A stretch of DNA of 33,825 nt, from the NCBI GenBank assembly GCA_036338245.1, contig JAYZCQ010000119.1:1-33825 (forward strand), given 5' to 3'. Of this stretch, positions 1 through 8,843 are shown piece by piece. Made by a program: the position numbers and the translations under genes. This DNA comes from Planctomycetota bacterium. Its GTDB lineage: Bacteria > Planctomycetota > Phycisphaerae > Phycisphaerales > SM1A02. Under the pieces are notes generated by a model that was given only the letters and a program-made list of their open reading frames with translations, ran no database searches and was not told the origin of the DNA. Within the stretch, counting starts at the first letter, position 1. Each line of letters opens with the position of its first letter.

Positions 1-712
1 GACACGAACCACAGAATGCTGCTTCGGAGTGAAATGGCGAAACAAGAATGTCAACACCATGCATGTTTGTAATGACATCATCAAGTGGGCCACGTCTTGA
101 AGCAGTTGGATCGATGATGTAACTGCCATTTCCAAGTTGAGCTGGTAAGTCTCCGTTGTCGGCAAGGTCTGCAAGAATGTCGAAATCTTCTATCGGGTTT
201 TCAATCGAGTATGTGTGGTCAACCATTCGGTGACAGACATCACAACTTACGCCATCAAAGTCATCACCGTTAAGTGCTGAACCGTCTGAGGGCATGTGCC
301 TTGCGTTTACAAAACCGCCGGGCATGTGACAACGAATACAAGTAACACCTGCGTCTTTTGAATCTTGGTTTGCAATGGTGAGTGCTGCATGGAAGACTGG
401 ATCACGCGCAGATTGCGCCATCATGCTGCCTTTCCAGTTGTTGTAAGGCGGAACGATTTGTTCTGGATTGTCATCATTATCAAAGTTGTGACAATTGATG
501 CAGTTGAATCGACTGACAACGACATAGTCATAACCAGTAGGGTCTGGCTGCGAACCTGGATGATAAAAGTCCGCTTCTGTAGTTTGGATCTGTGTCTGCC
601 CTCCGGAGATAGGGAGTGCGGGATGACCACCCCTGTTATTGGGCTTGATTTGCGCATTTACTGCGCAAGTAAGAAGGCCAATGGCTAAGGATGTACAAAT
701 CTTGAATTTCAT
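1..712 (-). CDS. secreted multihaem c-type cytochrome (N-terminal part; gene runs off the left edge)
   Basis: Absent from the ORF track because it has no stop in the window. Minus-strand ATG at 712-710. Hand translation MKFKICTSLAIGLLTCAVNAQ... (signal peptide) stays open to nt 1. In-frame haem-binding motifs are CINCH (502-488), CIRCH (340-326), CDVCH (244-230) and CGSC(H), the last cut by the edge (13-2). Confidence 0.75.
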   Translation of the reverse strand, partial: MKFKICTSLAIGLLTCAVNAQIKPNNRGGHPALPISGGQTQIQTTEADFYHPGSQPDPTGYDYVVVSRFNCINCHNFDNDDNPEQIVPPYNNWKGSMMAQSARDPVFHAALTIANQDSKDAGVTCIRCHMPGGFVNARHMPSDGSALNGDDFDGVSCDVCHRMVDHTYSIENPIEDFDILADLADNGDLPAQLGNGSYIIDPTASRRGPLDDVITNMHGVDILVSPFHSEAAFCGSC

Positions 713-856
713 GGTTGTAACAATAAATATGTACGCTCTAACGAAACAAATAGTTGCCCATTAGAGTATTTAAAAGATACTTCCCTATCGGTCGAAATGG
801 AAGGAAAATCTCCTCCCTAGGGGCACTTCTCTTAGGTTATCGGTAGACTAACGCCG

Positions 857-1471
857 ATGCGACTGTTCCTTCTTACCCTCTTTACCACGATTGCGAGTTG
901 TTCAACTGCAAAAGGACCCGATATGGTCGTATTGAGGTCGCAATCGTATGCTTCGGCGTTCGATGCAGCCGTTCAATCTGCAAAAGAAGAAGGGTTTCAG
1001 CCAGTCTTTTTAGACCGCCGTTCAGGCACAATTTCTACGGAGCCGCTAATTGGCGGTTCAGTCCTTGAGCCATGGAAACCCAAGGGGTCAAATCCAAGGC
1101 AATCTCTTGAAAACACGCTTGCCCTTCAGAGGCGGACGGCACGGTTTGAGTTTGTTCCCGTGACTGCTCCAATGGGCGAGAATGATGCTAGTTCGCAACT
1201 CAGTGGCCCGGATTTGCTTGCACCGTCAACCATCGATTTAACGACGTATGAAGGACCAATAGAACTCAGAGTTTGGGTTTTTGTTGACAGGCATTACACG
1301 CAAGGTAAGCAGGTGAGCACATCTTCATTCAGAGGCGCGTCGGTGTCTAAAACACTCCCAACGGATGAAACCTGGGAACAGATTCCAGAATCATTTTGGA
1401 CGCCAATTGCACGTGATGTTTCCAAAGAACGTTTACTGCTTGAGCAAATAGAACGTTCATTACAACGTTGA
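857..1471 (+). CDS. hypothetical lipoprotein
   Basis: 204-aa ORF. The N-terminus MRLFLLTLFTTIASCSTAKG has a hydrophobic core followed by a lipobox-like IAS|C. No catalytic motif recognised. Confidence 0.55.
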   Translation: MRLFLLTLFTTIASCSTAKGPDMVVLRSQSYASAFDAAVQSAKEEGFQPVFLDRRSGTISTEPLIGGSVLEPWKPKGSNPRQSLENTLALQRRTARFEFVPVTAPMGENDASSQLSGPDLLAPSTIDLTTYEGPIELRVWVFVDRHYTQGKQVSTSSFRGASVSKTLPTDETWEQIPESFWTPIARDVSKERLLLEQIERSLQR

Positions 1472-1571
1472 AAAATCCGGTTATTCGGGCAAGCAGTGCA
1501 TAATCGCTTATTGGACGTTGCTTTTACAAGGTGTGAATAGTACGCTCTATGGTAGGAAGATTTATTTGCAA

Positions 1572-3113
1572 GTGAAGACATTATTTTTAACAGCACTATC
1601 TATTAGTGTCGCATGCGGTGAACTCTACGCAGATGTTGCAAGCGACCACGGGTTAGACACGCTGATTGAGCGTGTAGGTGCTGGCAATGAACCAACAGGG
1701 ATAGGTGTACCAGTCGGGCAAGTTGAGGCAGCAAACACAAGTGGTGATTACGCACCCGATGAAAATGACAGCGCATTTGTTGACACGACATTTATTTTAC
1801 GAAGTGGTGCATCAGGCGTTCTGAACCATGCAACACAAGTTGGTAAACGAATCTATGGTAGTACAACAGTAGGCATCGCTCCAAATATTCCAACGGTATA
1901 CGTCTACGACGCTGAAGGATTTGTGCTTAATGATTTCCTAAGGACTGGGACAAGTGGAAATCCCTCAACTCCTCCAAGTGGGGTGAGAATTTTTAACAAC
2001 AGTTGGATTGGTTCATTTGGAAGCATCCCAAACGACACGCAGTGTCTTGCTCGTGGCGGTTGGAGTGTTGATACACATAACCTTCTTCTAATCAATGGTG
2101 TTGCAAACAATGCCGATGCCAACCCACTTATGAGTTTTGGGTACAACGGCGTTAGCGTTGGAAAGCAAAATGGTGAACATGCGTTCGCGCCAGTTCCAAG
2201 TGGCTATGCGGGTGCTGGCAGGCAAGTGCCACTCATTGTTGCGAATCAAAACACTACAAGTAATGCAACGGGTATTGTCTCAGCTGCGTGCGCCCTTCTA
2301 TCAGAGATTCGGGAAACACATCCAAACACAGAAAACAATTACCTTGCCACACTGTCAGAGACAACGAAGGCAGTTCTTCTTGGTGGCGGCAACCATCTTG
2401 ATGGGTGGACGAACAATCCTGTGACCTCAGGCGCAAACCGTGGTACAACCGTACAACCGATTGATGAAGTAGTTGGCGTAGGAACGGTAAATGTAGATAA
2501 CATCTATCGCATCATGACTGGTGGCCAACACGCATCATCATCGCAGTGGCAAAGTGCAGAAGTCGCACCAAGCGCAGCTTGGGAAACGGCTGCAATAAGT
2601 GCAAATCAAAGCCGATACTTACGTTTTGATGTGCCCCAAATGGCGGACGCGGTTTCACTGCTCACAACGTGGCACCAAAAACCAAACTCCGCTTTTTCAA
2701 ACTACACCGTATACAACATTGATTTGGAATTGTGGCGGGTCGAAGGTGAGGCGTTACAGTCGCTTGTTGGCAACGGAGGGCTGAAATTTTTTAGCTCCGG
2801 GAATGTTGTAAGCGAGAGTGATGTTGATAATGTCGAACACGTTTATATAGAAAACCTTAGCCCGGGCGAATATGTGCTCGAGATTAAGCGTGTGGATAGT
2901 TATTCTGGCTCGCGAGTATTCTCGACTTCATGGCTTTTCCCTGAATTAGATGGAATCATTGGCGATTTAGATGGCGACGGCATTGTGGGTGTCGAAGATT
3001 TGCTCATCGTGATTAGTCAGTGGGGCTCTTGTGGTGGCTGCGTTGCAGATATCGACGGAAACAACATTGTAAATGTCGAGGACTTACTCATCGTTATTGC
3101 GAACTGGGGATAA
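1572..3113 (+). CDS. secreted subtilase (S8)-like protein with C-terminal dockerin-type repeats
   Basis: ORF 1518-3113. The in-frame GTG at 1572 gives a signal-like N-terminus (M)KTLFLTALSISVACGELYA. Blocks NHATQVG, NNSWIGS, VANNADAN and TTSNATGIVSAACALL line up by eye with the subtilisin His, SxG, Asn and Ser boxes. The tail carries two dockerin/EF-hand-like repeats. Confidence 0.55.
   Translation: MKTLFLTALSISVACGELYADVASDHGLDTLIERVGAGNEPTGIGVPVGQVEAANTSGDYAPDENDSAFVDTTFILRSGASGVLNHATQVGKRIYGSTTVGIAPNIPTVYVYDAEGFVLNDFLRTGTSGNPSTPPSGVRIFNNSWIGSFGSIPNDTQCLARGGWSVDTHNLLLINGVANNADANPLMSFGYNGVSVGKQNGEHAFAPVPSGYAGAGRQVPLIVANQNTTSNATGIVSAACALLSEIRETHPNTENNYLATLSETTKAVLLGGGNHLDGWTNNPVTSGANRGTTVQPIDEVVGVGTVNVDNIYRIMTGGQHASSSQWQSAEVAPSAAWETAAISANQSRYLRFDVPQMADAVSLLTTWHQKPNSAFSNYTVYNIDLELWRVEGEALQSLVGNGGLKFFSSGNVVSESDVDNVEHVYIENLSPGEYVLEIKRVDSYSGSRVFSTSWLFPELDGIIGDLDGDGIVGVEDLLIVISQWGSCGGCVADIDGNNIVNVEDLLIVIANWG
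2961..3110 (+). repeat. two tandem dockerin-type (EF-hand-like) 21-aa repeats inside the CDS
   Basis: DLDGDGIVGVEDLLIVISQWG and DIDGNNIVNVEDLLIVIANWG, separated by SCGGCVA. Seen directly in the translation. Confidence 0.7.
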
Positions 3114-3146
3114 ACATTTCATCATTGTGCGGGTTACACTGCTCAA

Positions 3147-4874
3147 ATGCGAAGACGGCAACTGCCTTCAAAATTCATCATGGCTGGCCTGTTTCTGTTC
3201 TTTGGCGCATTTCTGATTTATCCAATTTGGCTTACGGTTCAAGGCGGTTTTGAAAGCAGTAAAGGTGGCTTTACGCTATTCCATGTTCTAGAAGTGTTTA
3301 ATAACCCTGTCTTGCTTGATGGTTTTCTAAACGCCCTAGGAATTGCAACCTTCACGACCCTCGTTTGTTTCATCATTTCTCTACCGCTTGCAACACTTGC
3401 TGCAAAGTATGACTTTCCCTTCAAAGGTACGTTCTCAGCACTGATTTTGATTCCACTTATTCTCCCCCCTTTTGTAGGCGCAATCGGTTTGCATCACATG
3501 CTTGGAACGTACGGTTCAATCAATACGCTCCTTGTTGATATGGGCTTGCTTGAAAAGGGTTACGACTTCATTGGGAACGGCGGTTTTTGGGCAATTGTGC
3601 TTATCGAAGCACTTCACTTGTATCCAATTCTGTATCTCAATGCAACCGCTTCACTTGCAAACTTAGATCCCGCACTTGAAGAAGCAGCAGAAAACTTAGG
3701 TGCAACACCTTGGCAACGATTTAGACAAATCGTTCTTCCTCTAATTCGCCCCGGCTTGTTTGCTGGTGCAACGATTGTATTCATTTGGTCATTTACTGAA
3801 CTTGGCACGCCTCTGATGTTTGATTATCAAAATGTCACGCCTGTTCAAATTTTTAATGGTATTAAAGAGATGAACACTTCGCAGCAACCATATGCATTGA
3901 CAGCAGTCATGCTTATTGCAGCAGTGCTGTTCTACTTGCTTGGCAAGATGGTTTTTGGTGGCAAGGCATACGCCATGTATTCAAAGGCATCTGTCCAAGC
4001 ATCGGTTAAAAAGTTGTCGCCTGTAAAAGGGTTGTTTGCTGCTTCTGCATTTGTCATTGTGGTTGGGCTAGCAGTCATGCCACACATTTCTGTAGTCTTT
4101 ACAAGTCTTGCAGCTGAAGGCTCTTGGTACCAAACGGTATTGCCTGCAAAGTTCACGCTTAATCACTTTGAGGGCGCACTGAGTCACCAGCTTGCAGTCG
4201 GTTCGATTCAAAACAGTTTGCTTTACTCAAGTTTGGCAGTGGTGCTTGATTTAATTGTTGGGATTTTGATTGGCTATATCGTTGTGCGAACGAAGATACG
4301 TGGCCGGAGTTTACTTGACGCCTTGTCAATGCTTCCACTTGCTGTACCCGGTTTGGTCATGGCGTTTGGTTATGTTGCGATGTCATTGCGGTGGCCATTT
4401 GGTGAGGGCGATCCGCTTGAAGGTTGGGCAAACGTGCTTGGCGCAAATCCCAACCCGATGTTACTCCTCGTTATTGCCTATGGAGTTCGCAGACTCCCCT
4501 ATATCGTCCGTTCAACGGTTGCGGGGCTTGAGCAGACGAGCGGCGAACTAGAAGAAGCCGCAATGAACCTTGGTGCGAACCGCGTTACAGCAGTGAGAAC
4601 AATTATCGTTCCGCTCATCATGGCAAATCTCATCGCTGGTGGACTGCTCGCATTCAGTTTTGCAATGCTTGAAGTTTCTGATTCACTCATTCTTGCCCAA
4701 CGAGAATCGCACTATCCGATGACGAAAGCAATTTACACTCTCTTTGAGAGACTTGGCGACGGCCCATACATTGCGAGTGCAATGGGTGTCTGGGGTATGG
4801 CACTGCTTGGCGTAACGCTGATTGGTGCAAGTGTGCTGATGGGCAAGAAGATGGGCGCTATTTTCCGTGTTTAA
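3147..4874 (+). CDS. ABC transporter permease, fused two-domain type (FbpB/ThiP-like Fe3+ or thiamine importer)
   Basis: 575 aa with roughly 12 hydrophobic segments. Two tandem permease halves each carry an EAA loop (LEEAAENLGATPWQRFRQIVLPL and LEEAAMNLGANRVTAVRTIIVPL). Substrate is not assignable from sequence alone. Confidence 0.8.
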   Translation: MRRRQLPSKFIMAGLFLFFGAFLIYPIWLTVQGGFESSKGGFTLFHVLEVFNNPVLLDGFLNALGIATFTTLVCFIISLPLATLAAKYDFPFKGTFSALILIPLILPPFVGAIGLHHMLGTYGSINTLLVDMGLLEKGYDFIGNGGFWAIVLIEALHLYPILYLNATASLANLDPALEEAAENLGATPWQRFRQIVLPLIRPGLFAGATIVFIWSFTELGTPLMFDYQNVTPVQIFNGIKEMNTSQQPYALTAVMLIAAVLFYLLGKMVFGGKAYAMYSKASVQASVKKLSPVKGLFAASAFVIVVGLAVMPHISVVFTSLAAEGSWYQTVLPAKFTLNHFEGALSHQLAVGSIQNSLLYSSLAVVLDLIVGILIGYIVVRTKIRGRSLLDALSMLPLAVPGLVMAFGYVAMSLRWPFGEGDPLEGWANVLGANPNPMLLLVIAYGVRRLPYIVRSTVAGLEQTSGELEEAAMNLGANRVTAVRTIIVPLIMANLIAGGLLAFSFAMLEVSDSLILAQRESHYPMTKAIYTLFERLGDGPYIASAMGVWGMALLGVTLIGASVLMGKKMGAIFRV

Positions 4875-4919
4875 TTGGGTTTATGCGGTGGATTGCGCCA
4901 CTATAATGCCCCTCTAGCT

Positions 4920-6212
4920 ATGCCATATACGCTATCACCATTAGAAGAAACTTACGACCTCAGTATCGAGACGCTTGACGAATTGCAAGGTCGTGCAGAA
5001 GTAGCTGACCGTTGGATTCTCAACTTTGGACCGCAACACCCTGCAACGCATACAACCTTGCGATTGGTACTTGAACTTGACGGTGAGCGAATCGTTCGTG
5101 CAACACCTCACATTGGGTATTTGCACAGTGGTTTTGAAAAGCTCGGTGAACACCATAACTTTAATCAGTATGTTTGCACAACGAGCCGAATGGATTACGT
5201 CGGACCAATTGTCAACAACATTGCATGGCACCATGCCGTAGAGACGTTGCTTGATATTGATTTAACGCCGCGATGCAAGGTGATTCGCACAATTCTTGGG
5301 GAACTTGGACGTATCCAAAACCACCTTCTTTGCGTCGGTGCTGCTGCACTTGACCTCGGAGCGTTTACTGGTTTCTTATATGGGTTTAACGAACGCGAAC
5401 ACATCTACGACATCATGGACTTTATTGCAGGTCAACGATTTCACCCGGACTACACGCGTGTTGGTGGACTAAAAAATGATTTGCCTTGTGAGAAAACATT
5501 CGTTGAAATGGTGACTAACTTCACCGATAAGCGAATGCCAAAAGCGATTGGTGACATTGAAACACTCCTCAACACAAACCGCATTTTCATCGATCGTGTT
5601 GAAGGCATTGGCATTATTTCTGAAGAAGAAGCAACCGCATGGTCACTTACAGGCCCACTTGCTCGCGCTTCTGGGGTAAAGCGAGACATCCGGAGGGCAG
5701 AACCATATCTCTGCTTTGCAGATAACTGGGATGGACAAGGCGCAAAACCAGTTGAATTCCAAGTTCCGATTGCGACAAGCGGCGACTGTCTTGCTCGCTA
5801 CCATGTTCGGTTGGAAGAAATCAAACAATCTTGCGAAATCATTAGGCAACTTATTTACAACATCCCTGGTGGCTCTGTCGACGCCCTGCCAAGTTCAGGT
5901 ATTCAAATGCCACCGAAGGAACAGGTGTACAACTCAATCCAAGGCACGATTCAACAGTTTGAACTTGTCATGCCAAACCGAGGCTGGACGTCACCAGTTG
6001 GCGAAGTGTATAGTGCGATTGAAGGCCCAAACGGAGAGTACGGCTACTTTGTCGTTGCTGATGGTGGGCCATGTGCATGGCGCTGTGCAACAAGACCTTG
6101 CTCATTTATCAACTTCCAAACATTTGCAAAAATGTTTGAGGGGCACCAGCTTGCTGATCTCGTGGCAGTCCTCGGTTCACTTAACATCATTGCAGCGGAG
6201 CTCGACAGGTAA
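4920..6212 (+). CDS. nuoD: NADH-quinone oxidoreductase subunit D (49-kDa subunit)
   Basis: NFGPQHPATHTTLRLVLELDGE, GYLHSGFEKL, RMDYV and C-terminal LGSLNIIAAELDR are typical NuoD/Nqo4 blocks. Start moved from 4875 to the in-frame ATG at 4920 (MPYTLSPLEE...). Confidence 0.9.
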   Translation: MPYTLSPLEETYDLSIETLDELQGRAEVADRWILNFGPQHPATHTTLRLVLELDGERIVRATPHIGYLHSGFEKLGEHHNFNQYVCTTSRMDYVGPIVNNIAWHHAVETLLDIDLTPRCKVIRTILGELGRIQNHLLCVGAAALDLGAFTGFLYGFNEREHIYDIMDFIAGQRFHPDYTRVGGLKNDLPCEKTFVEMVTNFTDKRMPKAIGDIETLLNTNRIFIDRVEGIGIISEEEATAWSLTGPLARASGVKRDIRRAEPYLCFADNWDGQGAKPVEFQVPIATSGDCLARYHVRLEEIKQSCEIIRQLIYNIPGGSVDALPSSGIQMPPKEQVYNSIQGTIQQFELVMPNRGWTSPVGEVYSAIEGPNGEYGYFVVADGGPCAWRCATRPCSFINFQTFAKMFEGHQLADLVAVLGSLNIIAAELDR

Positions 6213-6221
6213 GGAAAACGC

Positions 6222-6755
6222 ATGGCTTGGAAGGCAAAACAATCTGCTCAACTGACTATTGAACAACGTGAAGAACCCTATCTCACAAGTGAGTTGCTTG
6301 AGAAAATCAAAAATGAAATCATGCCACGGTATGCAACAGGTCAAGGCGCGCTCATGACCACTTTGCACGAAGTGCAACATAAGTATGGCTACATTCCATG
6401 GCAAGCGATGGTTGAGATTGGCGAAGTCCTCGGTATCACTGCAGCTCAAGTTGCAGATGTTGTTTCATTTTATGAGGATTACCACAGCGAGCCGATGGGC
6501 AAGTATGTTATTGGCATTTGCCAGTCCATTGCTTGTGAAGTCTGTGGTCATCAAGCCTTGATGGACCACTTAAAAAACAAACTCGGAATCGATGTGCATG
6601 AAACAACGGAAGATGGCATGTTTTCTCTATTAGGAATGGAATGCCTTGGTTCTTGCGACAACGCACCATGTGCACTTGTGAATGGAAAGCAATTCAACAA
6701 TCTCTCAATCTCAGAAGTTGATGAACTTGTGGCGGAGTGTAAAAACAACGGATGA
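6222..6755 (+). CDS. nuoE: NADH-quinone oxidoreductase subunit E (24-kDa, [2Fe-2S])
   Basis: Thioredoxin-like 2Fe-2S cysteine pattern CQSIAC ... CLGSCDNAPC. AAGGAA lies 5 nt upstream of the ATG. Confidence 0.9.
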   Translation: MAWKAKQSAQLTIEQREEPYLTSELLEKIKNEIMPRYATGQGALMTTLHEVQHKYGYIPWQAMVEIGEVLGITAAQVADVVSFYEDYHSEPMGKYVIGICQSIACEVCGHQALMDHLKNKLGIDVHETTEDGMFSLLGMECLGSCDNAPCALVNGKQFNNLSISEVDELVAECKNNG

Positions 6756-6952
6756 TGGCAGTGAAGAATGACAAACCACTCATGCGCTGTTTAGGTGAAT
6801 TCGTTGGACACATCGTTTCTGCGGTTCGTTCAGATGTCCGTGTTAAAGAAGTGAACAGAACGACTGAAGAAAAACATGATGGAAACATCACGCTTCGTCG
6901 CACAACAATAGATGAAATGGTCATTCATGAGAAGGACACATCCAATGGATAA
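6752..6952 (+). CDS. hypothetical 66-aa protein between nuoE and nuoF
   Basis: Its ATG overlaps the nuoE stop (ATGA) and its TAA overlaps the nuoF start (ATGGATAA). Hydrophilic and protein-like in composition. No family recognised. Confidence 0.4.
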   Translation: MMAVKNDKPLMRCLGEFVGHIVSAVRSDVRVKEVNRTTEEKHDGNITLRRTTIDEMVIHEKDTSNG

Positions 6953-8267
6953 GCAATATCTCATGAGAAACATTCCTGCTAAGCGGGAAGACCGAAAACT
7001 TGTTTCATATGCTGAGTATGTAGAACGCGGCGGATATGAAATGCTTAAGAAAGCACTTCTTATGCAACCGGCAGACATTGTCTCAAAGATTAAAGACGCT
7101 GAGTTAAGAGGTCGAGGTGGCGCAGGATTCCCTTGTGGAATGAAGTGGTCATTCTTGCCAGAAGCAGATGGAAAACCACGATACCTTTGCATCAACTGTG
7201 ACGAAGCAGAACCGGGAACATTTAAAGACCGATTGCTTGTTGACTTTGATCCTCACTCTGTCATTGAGGGCATTGCAATTGCGTGTTACGCGTGCAAGCT
7301 TGACGCTGCGTTCTTCTTTATTCGTGGCGAATGGTCAGATCAAGCGAAAGTCATGCAAGATGCAATCAATGAAGCATATGAACATGGCATCTTTGGCAAA
7401 CAAGGATTGATGAATGGCGCTTCTGATTTCGCAGTCGAATGTACATTGCATCGAGGCGCTGGTGCGTATATTTGCGGTGAAGAAACTGCACTTCTTGAAG
7501 CTGTCGAAGGTAAACGAGGTTGGCCGAGAATCAAACCGCCGTTCCCAGCAGTAAGCGGCTTGTTTGGCAGACCGACAATCATCAACAATGTAGAAACGCT
7601 TGCTGCAGTTCCACTAATTCTTGAGCATGGGGTTGAATGGTGGCAATCATTTGGTTGTGAGTCATCAATTGGTGGCGCTGCAAGTTATGGCATGAAACTC
7701 ATGGGTGTTTCAGGTCATGTCAATAACCCAGATGTCTTTGAAGTACCACTTGGGATTACGCTTCGCGACCTCGTTAACAATTATGCTGGCGGCATGAAAG
7801 ATGGTCGAGCATTCAAGGGCGCGATTGCAGGCGGTGTTAGCATGGGCATCCTTGGTTCAGACCAATTCGATGCTGAAATGGACTTTGACATTGGTCGAAA
7901 ATACGATGTCATGGGGCTAGGCACAGCTTGCCCGACTGTCTTTGATGAGAACACAGATATGGTTGCAGTTGCACGCAACATTGCTCGCTTCTTTAAAAAC
8001 GAATCTTGTGGCCAGTGCACGCCTTGCCGCGAAGGTGCGGACTGGATTTATAAACTTCTTGTCCGCATTGAATCGGGAGAAGGTTATTTGAAAGACATCG
8101 ATCAATTGTTAGAAGTTGCTGGCTCGATGGGCATCATGCCCGGAACGACGATTTGCGGGCTTTCAGATGGTAACAACTGGGCAGTTCGCACAATTGTGAA
8201 TAAGTACAGAAGCGAGTTTGAGGCTCGTTGTAAGCCTACGCTTGTTCCGGTAACCGCAAATCCGTAA
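6945..8267 (+). CDS. nuoF: NADH-quinone oxidoreductase subunit F (51-kDa, FMN/NADH-binding)
   Basis: GRGGAGFPCGMKW, CNCDEAEPGTFKDR, GAGAYICGEETALLEAVEG and ESCGQCTPCREG (4Fe-4S ligands). GAAGGA at 6931-6936 supports the ATG at 6945. ATG 6912 is an alternative start. Confidence 0.9.
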   Translation: MDKQYLMRNIPAKREDRKLVSYAEYVERGGYEMLKKALLMQPADIVSKIKDAELRGRGGAGFPCGMKWSFLPEADGKPRYLCINCDEAEPGTFKDRLLVDFDPHSVIEGIAIACYACKLDAAFFFIRGEWSDQAKVMQDAINEAYEHGIFGKQGLMNGASDFAVECTLHRGAGAYICGEETALLEAVEGKRGWPRIKPPFPAVSGLFGRPTIINNVETLAAVPLILEHGVEWWQSFGCESSIGGAASYGMKLMGVSGHVNNPDVFEVPLGITLRDLVNNYAGGMKDGRAFKGAIAGGVSMGILGSDQFDAEMDFDIGRKYDVMGLGTACPTVFDENTDMVAVARNIARFFKNESCGQCTPCREGADWIYKLLVRIESGEGYLKDIDQLLEVAGSMGIMPGTTICGLSDGNNWAVRTIVNKYRSEFEARCKPTLVPVTANP

Positions 8268-8324
8268 TCGATATTGGAATTCCAGCGATTTGGATGTATC
8301 CTACATCGTTGGAAGAGAACCTCA

Positions 8325-8843
8325 ATGAACAATAGTTTTTCATTTCAAGAAGGAAACTCAGAGTCTCAAGACTCGGAACCTCCTGAACCGAGCCCGGCGA
8401 ATCTGGTTGATTTAACTGTAGACGACGAGGTGATTGATGTTGATGCATCATGGCTTACCAATTACACAAAGAAAGTATTGGTGGAGTTAGCGCTATGCGA
8501 TGCAACCGTTGCAATTCGCGTTGTAGGTGACGTAGCCATGGCTGCCATGCACGTCCAACATTCAGATGTTGAAGGCACAACCGACGTGTTAACGTTCCAA
8601 CATTCTGCAGAAGGTGAGCAACTCTCGGTAGACGTTGCAGTTTGTGTTGACGAAGCCGAGCGACAGGCATCAGAGCGAGGCCACTCAGTGAATCATGAGT
8701 TGCTTCTCTATATAGTTCACGGCATTCTCCACTGCATTGGTTTTGATGACCACTCAAAGGAAGAACATTTAAAGATGCATAAAGAAGAAGATCGCATCCT
8801 TCAAGCAATTGGTGTTGGACCCGTTTGGGGGCAATCGTGTTGA
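8325..8843 (+). CDS. ybeY: rRNA maturation endoribonuclease YbeY
   Basis: His-triad block HGILHCIGFDDH near the C-terminus, plus the usual ybeY-corC neighbourhood. GGAAGAG lies 7 nt upstream of ATG 8325. Acidic N-terminal extension. Confidence 0.85.
   Translation: MNNSFSFQEGNSESQDSEPPEPSPANLVDLTVDDEVIDVDASWLTNYTKKVLVELALCDATVAIRVVGDVAMAAMHVQHSDVEGTTDVLTFQHSAEGEQLSVDVAVCVDEAERQASERGHSVNHELLLYIVHGILHCIGFDDHSKEEHLKMHKEEDRILQAIGVGPVWGQSC

Noticed and set aside
365-688. Track ORFs 365-688 (+) and 421-657 (-) at the left edge
   Set aside because: Both are off-frame relative to the multihaem cytochrome gene (1-712, minus), which has a signal peptide and four in-frame CxxCH motifs.
5716-6255. Long alternative-frame or antisense ORFs inside well-supported genes. 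Examples: 5716-6255 (+), 8455-9009 (-), 10440-10985 (+), 14538-14918 (+), 16076-16426 (+), 19676-19999 (-), 25436-25822 (-)
   Set aside because: Each lies entirely within, or mostly overlaps, a gene with strong family motifs. Each has skewed Ser/Arg/Leu/Cys-rich composition typical of shadow frames. No independent start signals were seen.
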